64,000 bases of DNA from Candidatus Sericytochromatia bacterium (GTDB lineage: Bacteria > Cyanobacteriota > Sericytochromatia > S15B-MN24 > JAQBPE01), in contig JAYKHR010000060.1 in assembly GCA_035285125.1 (NCBI GenBank), positions 1 to 64,000 on the forward strand. Reading direction: 5' to 3'. Within the stretch, counting starts at the first letter, position 1, and each line of letters starts with the position of its first letter. This document shows, in pieces, positions 1 through 11,811 of the stretch. A model generated the notes under the pieces. It had not been told where the DNA came from and searched no databases. It saw only the letters and a list, made by a program, of their open reading frames with translations. The translations under genes and the position numbers were made by a program.

Positions 1-1205
1 AGCTTCGCCTTGAGGTTCTCGTCGATCTTCGCGAGGAACTCCTGGGTCGTGAGCCAGGGCTGGTCCTTGCTGATGAGGATCGCGAGGTCCTTGGTCATGT
101 GGCCGGACTCGACGGTCTCGACGCAGACCTGCTCGAGGGTGGTCGCGAAGGTCGCGAGCTCCGGCGTGCCGTCGAACTCGGCGCGGTAGTAGAGGCCGCG
201 GGTCCAGGCGAAGATCGAGGCGATCGGGTTGGTCGAGGTCGCCTTGCCTTTCTGGTGCTCGCGGTAGTGGCGCGTGACCGTGCCGTGGGCCGCCTCGGAC
301 TCGACGGTCTTGCCGTCGGGGCTCAGCAGCACCGAGGTCATCAGGCCGAGCGAGCCGAAGCCCTGGGCCACCGTGTCGGACTGGACGTCGCCATCGTAGT
401 TCTTGCAGGCCCACACGAAGCCGCCCTCCCACTTGAGGGCCGCCGCCACCATGTCGTCGATGAGGCGGTGCTCGTAGGTGATGCCAAGCTCCTCGAAGCG
501 GGCCTTGAACTCCGCGTCGAAGACCTCCTGGAAGATGTCCTTGAAGCGGCCGTCGTAGGCCTTCAGGATGGTGTTCTTCGTGGAGAGGTAGACGGGCCAC
601 TTCTTCTGCAGGCCGTAGTTCAGCGACGCCCGCGCGAACCCGCGGATGGAGTCGTCGTAGTTGTACATCCCCATCGCGATGCCGGAGCCGGGGAACTTGG
701 TGATCTCACGCTCGATCACCTGCCCGTCCTCGCCGACGAACTTGATGGTGAGGGTGCCGGGGCCGGGGACCTTGAAGTCGGTGGCGCGGTACTGGTCGCC
801 GTGGGCGTGGCGGCCGATGACGATCGGCTTGGTCCAGCCCGGCACAAGGCGGGGCACGTTGCTGCAGATGATCGGCTCGCGGAAGACTGTGCCATCCAGG
901 ATGTTGCGGATGGTGCCGTTCGGCGACTTCCACATCTGCTTGAGATTGAATTCCTTGACGCGGGCCTCGTCCGGCGTGATGGTGGCGCACTTCACGCCGA
1001 CGCCGTGCTGCTTGATGGCGTTCGCGGCGTCGATGGTGACCTGGTCGTTCGTCGCGTCGCGATGCTCGATGCCGAGGTCGAAGTACTTCAGCTCGATGTC
1101 GAGGTATGGCAGGATCAGCTGCTCGCGGATGAACTGCCAGATGATGCGCGTCATCTCGTCGCCGTCGAGCTCGACGACGGGGTTGAGGACCTTGATTTTC
1201 TGCAT
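1..1205 (-). CDS. icd: NADP-dependent isocitrate dehydrogenase (type II/IDH1-like), 3' end runs off the window
   Basis: Absent from the ORF track (no stop in window). Manual translation from ATG at 1205 gives [23 protein letters not shown]...[15 protein letters not shown]...[12 protein letters not shown]...GRHAHGDQY...[10 protein letters not shown]...NYDGDVQSD...[11 protein letters not shown]...[10 protein letters not shown]. Confidence 0.97.
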   Translation of the reverse strand, partial: MQKIKVLNPVVELDGDEMTRIIWQFIREQLILPYLDIELKYFDLGIEHRDATNDQVTIDAANAIKQHGVGVKCATITPDEARVKEFNLKQMWKSPNGTIRNILDGTVFREPIICSNVPRLVPGWTKPIVIGRHAHGDQYRATDFKVPGPGTLTIKFVGEDGQVIEREITKFPGSGIAMGMYNYDDSIRGFARASLNYGLQKKWPVYLSTKNTILKAYDGRFKDIFQEVFDAEFKARFEELGITYEHRLIDDMVAAALKWEGGFVWACKNYDGDVQSDTVAQGFGSLGLMTSVLLSPDGKTVESEAAHGTVTRHYREHQKGKATSTNPIASIFAWTRGLYYRAEFDGTPELATFATTLEQVCVETVESGHMTKDLAILISKDQPWLTTQEFLAKIDENLKAK

Positions 1206-1298
1206 GCGTAGGGTCTCCATTTCCAGAGGGCCCTAGATTGTACACCCCCGTGTGTCTGGCGGGTGGCGACGGGGGGTTGGTGGTATGATGAAGGCACT

Positions 1299-2498
1299 AT
1301 GAGCCTGACCACAGCTGCCCGCCGCCTCGCCCCGCCCGCTCTGCTCGCGGGCATCGCCGCCCTCAGCGCATGCTCGGCCCTCACGGGCGGCATCGGCAAT
1401 GACCAGGCCAGCGGCGGGGGCCGGCCCACGGGCTTCGTCTACACCACGCTGTACAACCGCGGTGCGGTGCTCGAGATTAACGCCGTGCAGTCGCGCGTGG
1501 AGAAGGACCCCATCGTGGTCGGCAACGGCCCGCGCGGCCTGACGATGGATCCGCGGGGGCGTCAGCTTTACCTGTACGTGGTCTGCGAACTTGGCAACAC
1601 CGTGGCCGTGGTCGACCGCCGCAACCGCCTCGTGAACCGCACCATCTCCGTCGGTACCAGGCCCTACGCGATGGCGATCGCCCCGACGGGCACCAAGGGC
1701 TTCGTTTCCAACACCGACGACGACACCGTCAGCGTCATCGACATTCCCACCAACACGGTGGTGCAGACCGTCTCCCTGACGACGCCCGACGTCAACACGG
1801 GGCTGCAGCCCGGCACCCCGACGTCGGGCGCGGGCCAGAAGCGCCTTCGCCCCAAGGGCATCGCCACCAACGCCACGGGCTCCGCCGTCTACGTGGCCTG
1901 TGAGGGCGGCGCCCTCGCCATCCTGCAGGGCAATCCCGGAAGCGGCGCCCCGCAGCAGGGCGGCACGGCCGGCCAGATCGCCTCGTACAGCCCGGTCCGC
2001 ACCGTGCCGCTGGTCGGTTCCGTGGCGCCGCTCAACGTCGCCGTGGCCACCAGCCCCCAGGGGGGTGACACTGTCTATGTGACGGACCCGCGCGCCAACC
2101 GTGTGTTCCTGCTGAACACCGCCAACGGCGCCGGTCAGGCGGAGTTGCGCGACATCCAGGGCGGGCCCTACGACGTGGCCGTGGGCCGCAACGCGGGCGG
2201 AACGCCGGACTCCGTCTACGTGACGCTGGAGACACTCGATGCCCTGCAGGTCTTCGGGCTCGACCTCTCCCAGCGCAACCCCGCCTACCGGGTGGAGGGG
2301 CGCCAGCCGCAGGCCGTCGAGGTCTCGTCGCTCGGCAACGAGGTGTACGTCTCGCTCGCCGGCAGCAACAACGTGGCCGTCTTCTCGCGGCTGAACTCAG
2401 GGCTCGGGCTGCCGGCCGTCTTCAACCTGCAGCAACTCGACCCCTCGTTCATTGCCCCCACCGGGGACCTCGCCCTCGGCGGGTTCCTCTTCAACTAA
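1299..2498 (+). CDS. YVTN/YncE-like beta-propeller lipoprotein
   Basis: Lipobox LSAC after a hydrophobic stretch; repeated blades (VGNGPRGL, LYVVCELGNTVAVVD, VGTRPYAMAI, DDTVSVID, VYVSLAGSNNVAVF); ATG 1299 follows TGGTATGAT. Confidence 0.8.
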   Translation: MSLTTAARRLAPPALLAGIAALSACSALTGGIGNDQASGGGRPTGFVYTTLYNRGAVLEINAVQSRVEKDPIVVGNGPRGLTMDPRGRQLYLYVVCELGNTVAVVDRRNRLVNRTISVGTRPYAMAIAPTGTKGFVSNTDDDTVSVIDIPTNTVVQTVSLTTPDVNTGLQPGTPTSGAGQKRLRPKGIATNATGSAVYVACEGGALAILQGNPGSGAPQQGGTAGQIASYSPVRTVPLVGSVAPLNVAVATSPQGGDTVYVTDPRANRVFLLNTANGAGQAELRDIQGGPYDVAVGRNAGGTPDSVYVTLETLDALQVFGLDLSQRNPAYRVEGRQPQAVEVSSLGNEVYVSLAGSNNVAVFSRLNSGLGLPAVFNLQQLDPSFIAPTGDLALGGFLFN

Positions 2499-2513
2499 CG
2501 GAGCGCCCGCATC

Positions 2514-3851
2514 ATGTCTGCCAGGGTCGGGGTGGTGAACCTCGGGTGTGCCAAGAACCTCGTCGACACCGAGATCATGATGGGGCTGCTCGGGCAGGCC
2601 GGCTTCCAGCTGGTCCCCGAGACCGACGATGCCGACGTCGTGCTCGTCAACACGTGCGGCTTCCTGCTCAGCGCCCAGCAGGAGAGCGCGCGCCAGATCC
2701 TCGAGCTCGCCCAGGGCGGCGACCGCAAGATCGTCGTGGCCGGCTGCATGGTGCAGCGCCACCGGGAGGAGGTCCTCGAGGCCCTGCCCGAGATCTCGGC
2801 CGCCATCGGCTCGGGGGACCTCAAGTCCATCGTGCGCGTCGTCGAGCGCGTGCTCGACGGTGAGCGCTTCTCGGAAATTTCGGAGAAGCCGACCTACGCC
2901 TATGACGAGGTGCTGCCGCGCCTCCAGACGGGCCTCGGGCCGAGCGCCTACCTCAAGATCTCCGAGGGCTGCGACCACCGCTGCGCCTTCTGCATCATCC
3001 CGCAGCTGCGTGGGGGCCATCGCTCTCGCCCGATCGAGACGATCGTCGCGGAGGCCGGGCAGCTCGTGGCCGGGGGCACCCGCGAGGTCGTGCTGATCGC
3101 CCAGGACAGCACCCGTTACGGGCTCGATCTCTACCAGCGGGCGGCCCTGCCCGAACTGCTCGAGGCCCTGAACGGCGTCGAGGGCCTGGCCTGGATCCGC
3201 GTGCACTACGCCTACCCGATGTACGTGAACGACGCGCTGTTCCAGGCGATGCGGGAGCTGCCGAAGGTGCTCCCGTACATGGACATCCCATTGCAGCACA
3301 GCCACCCTGACGTGCTGCGGCGCATGCGGCGCCCGACGAACGAGCCCGTGGGTGACCTGGTGGCGCGCATCCGTGAGGGTGTGCCGGGCATCGCGCTCCG
3401 CACCAGCTTCATCGTCGGTTTCCCCGGCGAGACCGACGAGGAGTTCGCCCACCTGGTCGACTTCGTGCAGACGCAGCGCCTCGACCACGTCGGCGTCTTC
3501 ATCTTCTCGCCCGAGGAGGGCACGCCCTCGCACGAGATGAAGGGCCGGGTGCCCAAGAAGGTGGCCCAGAAGCGGCGCTCCACCCTGATGGCCGTGCAGC
3601 AGGGCGTCTCTCAGTCGATCCACGACGGCCTCGTGGGCCACGAACTTACGATGCTCGTCGAGGCGACGGAGGCCCGCACGGGCATCCTCATCGGCCGGAC
3701 CTTCCGGGATGCCCCCGACGTCGACGGCACGACCTTCGCCCGCTGCGCCGATCCCGAGGTCGAGCCGGGCGACCTGGTCCAGGTCCGCATCACCGAGGCC
3801 AAGCCGTACGACCTCCACGGCGAGGTCGTGGGCACGGCCGTGACGGCATGA
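2514..3851 (+). CDS. rimO: Ribosomal protein uS12 methylthiotransferase RimO
   Basis: LGCAKNLVD, NTCGF, radical SAM CDHRCAFC, FIVGFPGET, C-terminal TRAM with DAPDVDG. Confidence 0.95.
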   Translation: MSARVGVVNLGCAKNLVDTEIMMGLLGQAGFQLVPETDDADVVLVNTCGFLLSAQQESARQILELAQGGDRKIVVAGCMVQRHREEVLEALPEISAAIGSGDLKSIVRVVERVLDGERFSEISEKPTYAYDEVLPRLQTGLGPSAYLKISEGCDHRCAFCIIPQLRGGHRSRPIETIVAEAGQLVAGGTREVVLIAQDSTRYGLDLYQRAALPELLEALNGVEGLAWIRVHYAYPMYVNDALFQAMRELPKVLPYMDIPLQHSHPDVLRRMRRPTNEPVGDLVARIREGVPGIALRTSFIVGFPGETDEEFAHLVDFVQTQRLDHVGVFIFSPEEGTPSHEMKGRVPKKVAQKRRSTLMAVQQGVSQSIHDGLVGHELTMLVEATEARTGILIGRTFRDAPDVDGTTFARCADPEVEPGDLVQVRITEAKPYDLHGEVVGTAVTA

Positions 3852-4399
3852 ACTGGCCCAACCTCGTCACCTTCAGCCGGCTGGCGCTGGCTGTGCCATG
3901 TCTCGTGTTGCTGGAGCGGCCCGGGACCGAGGCGTGGGCCCTGGGCCTGTTCGTCGTGGCCTCGCTCACGGACTGGGTGGACGGCTACCTGGCGCGCCGC
4001 CTGAACCAGACGACGGAGCTCGGCAAGCTGATGGATCCCCTGGTGGACAAGCTGCTTGTGACGGGCGCCCTCGTGGCGCTGACGGCCCGGGGCATCGTGC
4101 CAGCGTGGAGCGTGACGGCCATCTTGTTCCGAGAGTTCCTCGTGACGGGCCTGCGCGCCCTGGAGGCCGCCCAGGGCTTGATCGTGCCGGCGGGCTGGCT
4201 TGGCAAGGTCAAGGCCGCCGTGCAGATGGTGGCCATCATCGCGCTCATCTGGAGCCTCGACGGGACGGGGCGTGCCTTGCGAGACGACGCCGTGGCGACC
4301 GCGGCCGTGGCCGGCTACTGGCTGGCGGTGGTGCTCACCATCGCGTCGGGCGTCCAGTACGGCTGGGCCGCGCGGCGGTTGCTCCGCGCGAGCGCCTGA
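3848..4399 (+). CDS. pgsA: CDP-diacylglycerol--glycerol-3-phosphate 3-phosphatidyltransferase
   Basis: MNWPNLVTFSR, DWVDGYLARR...GKLMDPLVDK CDP-alcohol phosphotransferase motif; ATGA overlap with rimO (common synteny). Confidence 0.95.
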   Translation: MNWPNLVTFSRLALAVPCLVLLERPGTEAWALGLFVVASLTDWVDGYLARRLNQTTELGKLMDPLVDKLLVTGALVALTARGIVPAWSVTAILFREFLVTGLRALEAAQGLIVPAGWLGKVKAAVQMVAIIALIWSLDGTGRALRDDAVATAAVAGYWLAVVLTIASGVQYGWAARRLLRASA

Positions 4400-4409
4400 C
4401 GGCGAGCCC

Positions 4410-4937
4410 TCACGTCGGGGCGAGGGAGCCCTCCGGAGAGGGCTGGGTCGCGGGGGCGCCGCCGGGCCTCACGCGCTGCCACAGGCCGGACAGCCAGCCC
4501 CGGACGCGGTCCACCAGGCGGCCAGGCTGGCCGTAGTGGCGCACGTAGTAGACGGCGCGATCCCACCAGCCTTCGGGGACAGCCTCCGTCGGGACGGCTT
4601 CGATGGGGGCGTCCGAGTCCGCGACGAAGCCCCGCGGCGCGACCTCGTAGCGCACCTTGAGCCCGTCGTAGCGGCGCGGCTTGCTCTGTTCGAGGCGCTC
4701 CAGCGTGGCCTCGTCCTGCACCACGACCACCAGGTGACGCGGGTTGTTGGTCTGCGTGAGGTAGGTGCCCAGCACGCCGGGCTCGGCGCGCAGCTCAGCC
4801 GCCAGGCGCTTGTGGGCGCTCGTCGAGGCCAGCACCTCGGCCGCGTCCGTTGGCAGGGGCTTCTTGATGCCAGGCGGATCCGCACAGCCTGCCAGCGTCA
4901 GGAGCAGCAACCCGTGGAGCAGCAGGCGGAGCGGCAC
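4410..4937 (-). CDS. Hypothetical lipoprotein
   Basis: LLLLTLAGC lipobox; fills the gap between pgsA and lepB. Confidence 0.65.
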   Translation of the reverse strand: MPLRLLLHGLLLLTLAGCADPPGIKKPLPTDAAEVLASTSAHKRLAAELRAEPGVLGTYLTQTNNPRHLVVVVQDEATLERLEQSKPRRYDGLKVRYEVAPRGFVADSDAPIEAVPTEAVPEGWWDRAVYYVRHYGQPGRLVDRVRGWLSGLWQRVRPGGAPATQPSPEGSLAPT

Positions 4938-5055
4938 GTTATCGACTCACATGTTGGGGAATGATAAGTGTGACGGATGCACGAGGAGCGCGGGGTGCGG
5001 GTGGCGCCACGTCCCATCTTAAACCGTCTTGGAGTCGGACGACGAGTTGGCGGGA

Positions 5056-5697
5056 ATGTCAGGACGCTTGAAACCGCGCGTGCTGCCGCGGCTGCCCGAG
5101 ACGCCCGTCGCGGCCTTTCCGGCGGGGCGGGATGCCGTCACCATCGGGGCGATGGCGGTCGCGCTCGCGGCCACCTGCCACTTTCTCGTCGCTGAGGCCC
5201 GCTTCATCCCCTCGGCCTCGATGGCCCCGACCCTTGCGGTGGGCGACCGCCTGGTGATCGAGAAAGTCACCTACCACGTGCACGCCCCGCGCCGGGGCGA
5301 CATCGTGGTCTTCCACCCCCCGCGCCCGGCGATCCTCGGTCAGATCGGGTTGGACCCCAGCGTGCCGTGGATCAAGCGGGTGGTCGGGCTGCCTGGAGAC
5401 AAGCTGTCGCTGGTGGACGGCCGGCTGTACGTCAACGGCCGCAGGTTGCCCGAGCCCTACCTGCTCAGTGGTGCGGCCTCGTACACCCTCCACGAACGTC
5501 CTGTGCCGGCGGACAGCGTGTTCGTGTTGGGGGACAACCGCAAGCACAGCATCGACAGCGCCACCTGGGGGCCGCTGCCGATGGAGAACATCATTGGCAA
5601 GGCCAGCTTCCGGTTCTGGCCGCCGGGGCGTTTCGGGGCGTTGGCCGCCCCGGCGCCGCACGTCGAGGTGGCTCGTGGCGCGACCGGGCTCTGGTGA
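5056..5697 (+). CDS. lepB: Signal peptidase I
   Basis: IPSASMAPTL..GDRL (catalytic Ser), RGDIVVF, IKRVVGLPGD (Lys), GDNR..S.DS..WG; start uncertain. Confidence 0.95.
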   Translation: MSGRLKPRVLPRLPETPVAAFPAGRDAVTIGAMAVALAATCHFLVAEARFIPSASMAPTLAVGDRLVIEKVTYHVHAPRRGDIVVFHPPRPAILGQIGLDPSVPWIKRVVGLPGDKLSLVDGRLYVNGRRLPEPYLLSGAASYTLHERPVPADSVFVLGDNRKHSIDSATWGPLPMENIIGKASFRFWPPGRFGALAAPAPHVEVARGATGLW

Positions 5698-5716
5698 GCC
5701 CGCCGCGGCCGGGGCT

Positions 5717-5977
5717 TCAGCGGCGGTGGCCGCCCGGCCGGCCGGCCGGCTGGAAGTCACCCTTGGCCCGGAAGGTGATCCGGCCGCGGGTGAGGTCGTA
5801 GGGCGACAGCTCCACCTTCACGCGATCGCCGAGCAGCACCTTGATGCGGAACCGGCGCATCCGGCCCGCGAGGTGGCCGAGCACCTCGTGCCCGTTGTCG
5901 AGCGTGATGCGGAACATCCCGTTCGACAGGGCCTCCGCGATGATGCCATCCATTTCCAGAACGTCTTCTTTGAGCAA
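5717..5977 (-). CDS. infA: Translation initiation factor IF-1
   Basis: C-terminal part of track ORF 5717..7150: TTG start at 5977 after [73 protein letters not shown]. Confidence 0.95.
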   Translation of the reverse strand: MLKEDVLEMDGIIAEALSNGMFRITLDNGHEVLGHLAGRMRRFRIKVLLGDRVKVELSPYDLTRGRITFRAKGDFQPAGRPGGHRR

Positions 5978-6136
5978 ACGAGCTTCTCCTTGGGGGGGCG
6001 CGGCGTGCAGGCGGCTTCGGTGCAGCCCTGGCAGCCCTCGAATCAAGGTAACACGCGAGCCTTGGAACCTCAAGGCGCGGCTGACGGTCTTGCCTGGCCG
6101 ACTTGGACGGAGGAGACCCCCCGCCTTGCCCCTCGG

Positions 6137-7132
6137 TTGCTGGCCCGGCCCGTGACGTGCGGCGCCCTGCTGGCCTGCGTGGCCTGGGGGCTGGCAGCCT
6201 GCGCCCCCGGCCCTGTCGCCCCGTCCGCCGGCGCGTGGCCGGGGGACACCTTCGCGGCGGGCTTCGGGGCCCTCTCGCCCGAAATGGTCCGGCTGATCGG
6301 GCGCCCGCCCGGGCAGGGGCCCCGGTCGCTTGCCGCCACGGGCGTTCGGCTGGGGTGGGCCGCGCCAGCGGACCATCAGGGCGGGAACTGGGCCTTCGAC
6401 GTGGTGGTGGGCGGGCCTCCTGGCGTGGGGGGGGCCGCCCCCGGGGCCTCGGCCGGCCTGCAGGCGCGGGCCCTGCCACCCGCCGAGGGGGGCTTCGAGG
6501 CCGCGCTCGAGGTCCAGGTTTTGCCCGGGGTGGCCAGCTGGGCGGCCGACGCCAGGCGGGTGGACGGGGGAGGGCCAGGCGACGGCGGGCCAGCTGTGTT
6601 CGTGTCTGAGGCCCGCCGGGAGACGCTCTCCGTCTACCTGGGCCCCGAGGGCGGCGTCGCCCTGCGCACGGCCTGGGCGAAGGCGCCCGAGGTGTCCGAG
6701 GCCCCGGTGGGCGCAGCCCAGGCCCTGGCCGCGATCGAGGCGGCCCTGAAGACGCCGGGCGCCGGGTGCGAGGAAGCGACCACCGGCGTCGACCACTTCA
6801 CCGGCGTGCCCTACACCAACCCGGAGGGCCTGCCTGCCGGTTGTCTGGCGATCCGCGCTCGCGAGGGGGCCACACCCCGGGTCGAGGCCGACAGCGGGCG
6901 ACGGCTGGCCGCCCCCTTGCTGGTGCGCCACCTCGGGCGCCTGGCCTGGCGGATCGAGGAGGCGGCGCCGGCGCACTGCAAGGCCGGCCCGACGCTGGAC
7001 GCGATCTACGAGGTCGGCCACGGCCCGGGGTTCCTGCGCGTGCAGGGCGCCGGGGGCTGGGTCGACGCCACCACGGGGCGGGTTATCCGGTGGCGGCGCT
7101 CCTACCGCGTCTACGACGTCGAGGGCGTGTGA
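6137..7132 (+). CDS. Hypothetical lipoprotein (PepSY-like C-terminus possible)
   Basis: 3' part of track ORF 5468..7132; WGLAAC lipobox; [10 protein letters not shown] resembles a PepSY tail; start uncertain (6137 TTG or 6152 GTG). Confidence 0.55.
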   Translation: MLARPVTCGALLACVAWGLAACAPGPVAPSAGAWPGDTFAAGFGALSPEMVRLIGRPPGQGPRSLAATGVRLGWAAPADHQGGNWAFDVVVGGPPGVGGAAPGASAGLQARALPPAEGGFEAALEVQVLPGVASWAADARRVDGGGPGDGGPAVFVSEARRETLSVYLGPEGGVALRTAWAKAPEVSEAPVGAAQALAAIEAALKTPGAGCEEATTGVDHFTGVPYTNPEGLPAGCLAIRAREGATPRVEADSGRRLAAPLLVRHLGRLAWRIEEAAPAHCKAGPTLDAIYEVGHGPGFLRVQGAGGWVDATTGRVIRWRRSYRVYDVEGV

Positions 7133-7242
7133 CCCGGCCCGGACACCCACCCACCAGGGCCCGGTGGGGGCCCCTTGTCGGGGGCTCGCCGGGCCGACAA
7201 AATAGGGGCCGGGCCGGGGCCCGCTCGAGGAGGGGCGTGTAG

Positions 7243-10200
7243 GTGGGTAGGAAGAGGGCGATCGCGCTCGTGACGCTGGCGCTGCTTGCGCTTGGCGTGG
7301 CGGCGGGCCTGGTCGCGCTGAGCTCGCCGCGCCTCACCACCCGCCTGGCCCGGGACATGGTGACGCAACTTGCCCGCCAGCTGCCGGGGGTGGTGGCCTT
7401 CGAGCACCTGCAGGTGCTGCCGCTGGAGGCCCGCATCTCCATCCACGGCCTGCGCGTGGCGGCGCGGGAGCGCCCGGCCGAGCCGGCGCTGGTGGCCCGG
7501 CGGGTGGACCTCACGCTGGATCGCCTCGCCCTGCTTCGCGGGAAGGTCCGGCTCGCCGTCGTCGACGTGGAGGCCCCGGTGCTGCGCGGGCGACACCTCG
7601 GCGGTGGCCGGTATGACTGGGCGAGCCTGCTGCCCCCGAGCGACGGCCCCTCCGGCCCCTCGCCCGTGACGGTGGCGGAGGTCCGCTGGCGGGCGGGGCA
7701 GGTCTCGTACGAGGATGGCCCCCAGGCCCTGGGCGTCGCGCTGCGAGGCCTGGAAGGAGAGGTCCGGCTGGCGCCCGACATGACGCCCACCTCGGGCCGG
7801 CTGGCCGTGGCCGGGGGTGCGCTGCGCCGCGGCGGGGTGCCCTGGGAGCTCCTCGGGGCCGAGACGACGTTGGGGCGCCGGGGGCAGCGCCTGCGCCTCA
7901 CGCACCTGCGCGTGGCGGCTGCAGGCGCCACGCTGTCGGGACAGGGGGAGCTCAGGCTGGTTGGCCCTGACGCGCCCCTCGTGGCCCAGGGGGGGCTGGC
8001 CGTCTCGCTGGGGCAGCTGCCTGCCTGGCCGGAGCTGGCCGCCTGGCGGCCGTCCGGCGCCGTCTCGGGCGACTGGACGATCGGGGGCACCGGGCGGGAC
8101 CCGTCGCTCGCGTTGCGTTTGCAAGGGCGCGCCCTGCGCCTCCGGCAGGCGATCTTTCCGGAGCTGGTGGCCGATGTCGCCGTCACGGGGGACCAGCTGA
8201 CCGTGGGGCGCGCCCGCCTGAGCGTGGGCGGTGGCGGACGCCTGGAGGCCTCGGGGCGCCTGCCCCTGGCGGCCGGAGGCGAGGTGGATTTCCGCGGGAG
8301 CGTCGCTGGGCTCGAGGTGACGCGGCTCGCCACGCAGCTCGGGCTGGAGGTGCCGGCGGGCCTGGCGGCTCGGGTCACCGCGTCCGCCCGGGCCACGGGG
8401 CGGGGCCTGGAGCCCCGGCGCTGGGACGTGGCAGGCGAGGTCTTTTCGGCGGGCAGCGCCGTCCTCGCTGCAGGCCCGGAGCCCTATGTGGTGCGGTCCT
8501 CTTTCGGCTGGCAGCGCGAGACCTTGACCTTGACCGGGGCCGAGGTGTCGCTGCTCGGGGGGCGTCTCTCTGGCAGGGGCGAGGTGCAGCTGCCCGCCGG
8601 GGCGCCCCCACGGCTGGCGCTCGCGGGGTCCCTCGAGGGCCTCGACGTGGCGCGCGCGGCCCGGGCCGGCGGGCAGGAGGTTTACGCCACGGGGCGCCTC
8701 GGCGGCACCTACGCGCTGGCGGGCGTCGGCCTGGAACCGCTCGCCTGGCAGGGCACGGGGGTGGCCCAGTTCTCGGGGGCGGTGCCCGCGGACGTGGCGG
8801 TGAGCAACGCCGACGTGCCCCTCGCCTGTGAGGGCCCCTGGCGCCTCGCGGGGGCGAGGCTCAGCCTCGACGGCCTCGCGGGGCGCGTCCTCGGGGGGCG
8901 GGTCGCCGTGCGAGGCACGGTGCCGCTGACGGCTCCCGCGACGGGCACCCGCCTCTCGCTCGTCGCCACTGGCATCGACGTGCGGACAGCGGGCCGGCTC
9001 TACGATGCCCCCGACGGCCTGCCGCCCGCCCGGGCCAGCGCCCGCCTCCGCGTCGAGGGGCTGCGCACATTCATTGACGCGGTCGAGGCCCCGATGTGGG
9101 GGGGGCGCATCACGGCGAGCGGCCGGGCCGAGGTCGAGGACGCGGCGGTGTACGGCCTGGAGGTGCGGGCGGCGGGGCTGGCCCTCGACGGGCTGCGGCG
9201 GTCGTTTGCGCCGGGCGTGGCGCCCTTGGCCGGCCGGGCCGGGGCGCGCCTGGCCGTGCGGGGACGCGGGTCTCGCTGGTCCGTGGACGGCCACGTGGAG
9301 GCCGTGGGTGAGGCGCGCCTGCCCGAGGTGGGGCTCGCTGGCGCCTTCCGCCGCGTGCCCGTGCGGCTCAACGGGGTGGTGCGCCTGACGCCCGGTGGCC
9401 TTACCACGGGGGGGCTGCGCCTCACCCTCGCGGACGCCCGCGCCACCGTGCGGGGCACCCTGGACCGACGCGGGCGCTCGGACCTCGCCCTCGACGGGCG
9501 CGTGCCCTCGCCGGAGCGGCTCGGCGCCTTGCTCGGCGTGGCTGGCCTGCACGGTGAGGACGTGCACTGGCAGGCCCGGGCGCGTGGGCCCGCGGGCGAC
9601 CTCCGCCTGGAAGGCGACCTCGGCGCCGCGGAGCTCGGTCGCGGGGACGTGGCGCTCACGCGCGTCGTCGGGCAGCTCCGGGGGCGCTGGGGGAGCCGGC
9701 TGCTCCTGGCTGGGAGCCTGGCGGGCGAGGCCACGCGGGCCGGCCGGCCGCTGTCGGCCGGCTGGCGGCTGCCGCTGCGCTACGAGGCCCCGGCCGAGCG
9801 ACCGGCCCGCGGGCGCCTGACGCTGGCGGGGCTCGAGGCCCGGCTCGGTGAGGGGCGCGTGCAGGGCGACGCGGGCTGGGACGGCCAGCGCCGGGAGGTG
9901 CGCGCCCACCTGTGGACCGAGCGCCTCAAGGTCGGTGACCTCCTGCCCGACGCCCCGGCCAGCGGCACGGCCGTGCCGCCGGGCACGAGCCTGGCCGCGA
10001 GCCTGGACCTGGAGGGCCCCGTGACGGCCCCCCGGGGCTTGCTGCAGGCGCAGCTGGGCGCCTTCCGCCAGGGCGGCGAGGCGTTTGGCGCCAGCGAGCT
10101 CAGGGCCCGCTCCGAGGGCCACGAGGTGCGCCTCGACGGCCGCCTGTTCGGTGGCGCCGCCACCCTGGTGGGGCGCGTGCCGCTGGCGGACACGCCGGGC

Positions 10201-11811
10201 CAGCTGACGCTGCTGCTGCGGCGGGTGCGGCTGGACCCCTTGCTGGCTGCCGTGCCGGACTCGCTGCGTGGGGCCGTGGAGTGGCCGCTGGGGGGAGAGC
10301 TTGCGGGGCGGGTGGATGTCTCGGGGCGCTGGCGCCGGCCGCGGGAGGCCCGCGCGACGGCCGAGCTGCAGCGCTTATTGCTGCGCTACCCCGAGCTCGA
10401 GGTCGCCAACGAGGGGCCCTGGCGGATCTCCTATGCGCGAGACCGGGTGTTGCTCGACGCTTTTCACCTCGTGGGAGGCGGCACGAACCTGACCGCCCAC
10501 GGCACGCTGGGGCTCGGCGGCCCCTCGAACGTGACGGTCGACGGCCGGCTCGACCTGGCCCTGCTGGAGAAGATTGCGCCCCGTCAGTTTGCTGGTGCCT
10601 CCGGGCGGGCGCGGCTGGAGGGCTCCCTGCGCGGCCGTCTTGGCGCCGAGGACTTCACGGGGGCCCTCACGCTCCGGGACGGGGAGCTCGAGACGCGGGG
10701 GCTGCCGCAGCCGATCCACGACCTCTCGGCCGCCGTCCGGCTGACGCATGATCGCGTCTTCCTCGACCAACTCCGGGCCGGCTTCGGGCCTTCCGGACGC
10801 CTCGAGGCCGCCGGCGGCGCCCGGCTGGGCCCGGGGGGGGACCTCGCTGGCATCAACGTGAAGCTCGACGCCCAGGAGGTCGCGCTGCGGTTCCCGGGCA
10901 TCGAGGCCGTGACCAACGCCGACCTGAGCTGGGCCTGGACGCCGGGCCAGGGCCGGCTCGACGGCCAGGTGCGCATCCTGGAGGGCCTCTACTCCCAGGA
11001 CGTCGCCCTGACGCCTGGCGCCCTGCGCAGCAAGCCCCGTCCCAGCCAGGCCCTCCAGTCCCCCTTCGTTCAGGACACCGCGCTGCGCCTCCAGGCCCTG
11101 CTCCCCGACGGCTTCCTGGTGCGCAACAACGTGGCGCGGGGGGAGGTGCGCGGTGACGTGCTCGTGCTCGGCACGGCGGCGGATCCCATCCTCGTGGGCC
11201 GGGCCGAGGCCCTCGACACCGTCCTTTCGTTCCAGGGGCAGGAGTTCCAGGTGCAGGAGGCCACCGTCGACTTCATCGACCCGCGCGTGCTGACGCCCTA
11301 CTTGCACCTCGCGGCGCACGGCAAGATCGAGGGTGTGGAGGTCACGGTGCGCGCCAACGGCACGCCCGACAAGCTGCGGCTGGACCTTTCGAGCACCCCC
11401 GCGATGAGCCAGACCGACATCCTGACGCTCATCGCCACGGGCAAGACCGGCAAGGAGCTGGGCGAGGCCGCCGGAGGCGGCCTCGGCGCGGCCTCCAACG
11501 TGCTCCTCGACCGCGTGGCCGACGGCGTGGCCCGGGGCATCACGGAGCAGGGGGTGGTCGACGTGCTCAAGGTCAAGCCGGGCTCTGTCGACCCCGCTAC
11601 CCCGGGGGGCGGCAGCTTCACCGTCGGCAAGCGCGTCAACGAGCAGCTCACGATCACCTACACCCAGGACATCACCGCCGCGCCAGGGCGGCCGCAGGGG
11701 CGCGTGATGATCTTCGACTACCTGCTCACGGACGCCGTCGTCCTGAAGCTCGAGCAAGACCTTGGCGGGGGCTTCAACGCCTCGGCCCGTTACCGGCTGC
11801 CGGTGCGGTGA
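7243..11811 (+). CDS. tamB: TamB/AsmA-like translocation-assembly protein (DUF490 C-terminus)
   Basis: N-terminal membrane anchor, about 1500 aa of repetitive beta-taco segments, C-terminal [21 protein letters not shown] and [14 protein letters not shown]; adjacent Omp85 gene. Confidence 0.85.
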   Translation: MGRKRAIALVTLALLALGVAAGLVALSSPRLTTRLARDMVTQLARQLPGVVAFEHLQVLPLEARISIHGLRVAARERPAEPALVARRVDLTLDRLALLRGKVRLAVVDVEAPVLRGRHLGGGRYDWASLLPPSDGPSGPSPVTVAEVRWRAGQVSYEDGPQALGVALRGLEGEVRLAPDMTPTSGRLAVAGGALRRGGVPWELLGAETTLGRRGQRLRLTHLRVAAAGATLSGQGELRLVGPDAPLVAQGGLAVSLGQLPAWPELAAWRPSGAVSGDWTIGGTGRDPSLALRLQGRALRLRQAIFPELVADVAVTGDQLTVGRARLSVGGGGRLEASGRLPLAAGGEVDFRGSVAGLEVTRLATQLGLEVPAGLAARVTASARATGRGLEPRRWDVAGEVFSAGSAVLAAGPEPYVVRSSFGWQRETLTLTGAEVSLLGGRLSGRGEVQLPAGAPPRLALAGSLEGLDVARAARAGGQEVYATGRLGGTYALAGVGLEPLAWQGTGVAQFSGAVPADVAVSNADVPLACEGPWRLAGARLSLDGLAGRVLGGRVAVRGTVPLTAPATGTRLSLVATGIDVRTAGRLYDAPDGLPPARASARLRVEGLRTFIDAVEAPMWGGRITASGRAEVEDAAVYGLEVRAAGLALDGLRRSFAPGVAPLAGRAGARLAVRGRGSRWSVDGHVEAVGEARLPEVGLAGAFRRVPVRLNGVVRLTPGGLTTGGLRLTLADARATVRGTLDRRGRSDLALDGRVPSPERLGALLGVAGLHGEDVHWQARARGPAGDLRLEGDLGAAELGRGDVALTRVVGQLRGRWGSRLLLAGSLAGEATRAGRPLSAGWRLPLRYEAPAERPARGRLTLAGLEARLGEGRVQGDAGWDGQRREVRAHLWTERLKVGDLLPDAPASGTAVPPGTSLAASLDLEGPVTAPRGLLQAQLGAFRQGGEAFGASELRARSEGHEVRLDGRLFGGAATLVGRVPLADTPGQLTLLLRRVRLDPLLAAVPDSLRGAVEWPLGGELAGRVDVSGRWRRPREARATAELQRLLLRYPELEVANEGPWRISYARDRVLLDAFHLVGGGTNLTAHGTLGLGGPSNVTVDGRLDLALLEKIAPRQFAGASGRARLEGSLRGRLGAEDFTGALTLRDGELETRGLPQPIHDLSAAVRLTHDRVFLDQLRAGFGPSGRLEAAGGARLGPGGDLAGINVKLDAQEVALRFPGIEAVTNADLSWAWTPGQGRLDGQVRILEGLYSQDVALTPGALRSKPRPSQALQSPFVQDTALRLQALLPDGFLVRNNVARGEVRGDVLVLGTAADPILVGRAEALDTVLSFQGQEFQVQEATVDFIDPRVLTPYLHLAAHGKIEGVEVTVRANGTPDKLRLDLSSTPAMSQTDILTLIATGKTGKELGEAAGGGLGAASNVLLDRVADGVARGITEQGVVDVLKVKPGSVDPATPGGGSFTVGKRVNEQLTITYTQDITAAPGRPQGRVMIFDYLLTDAVVLKLEQDLGGGFNASARYRLPVR

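Noticed and set aside
99..1211. 370-aa + strand ORF
   Set aside because: Antisense shadow of icd, which the ORF track missed because it has no stop in the window
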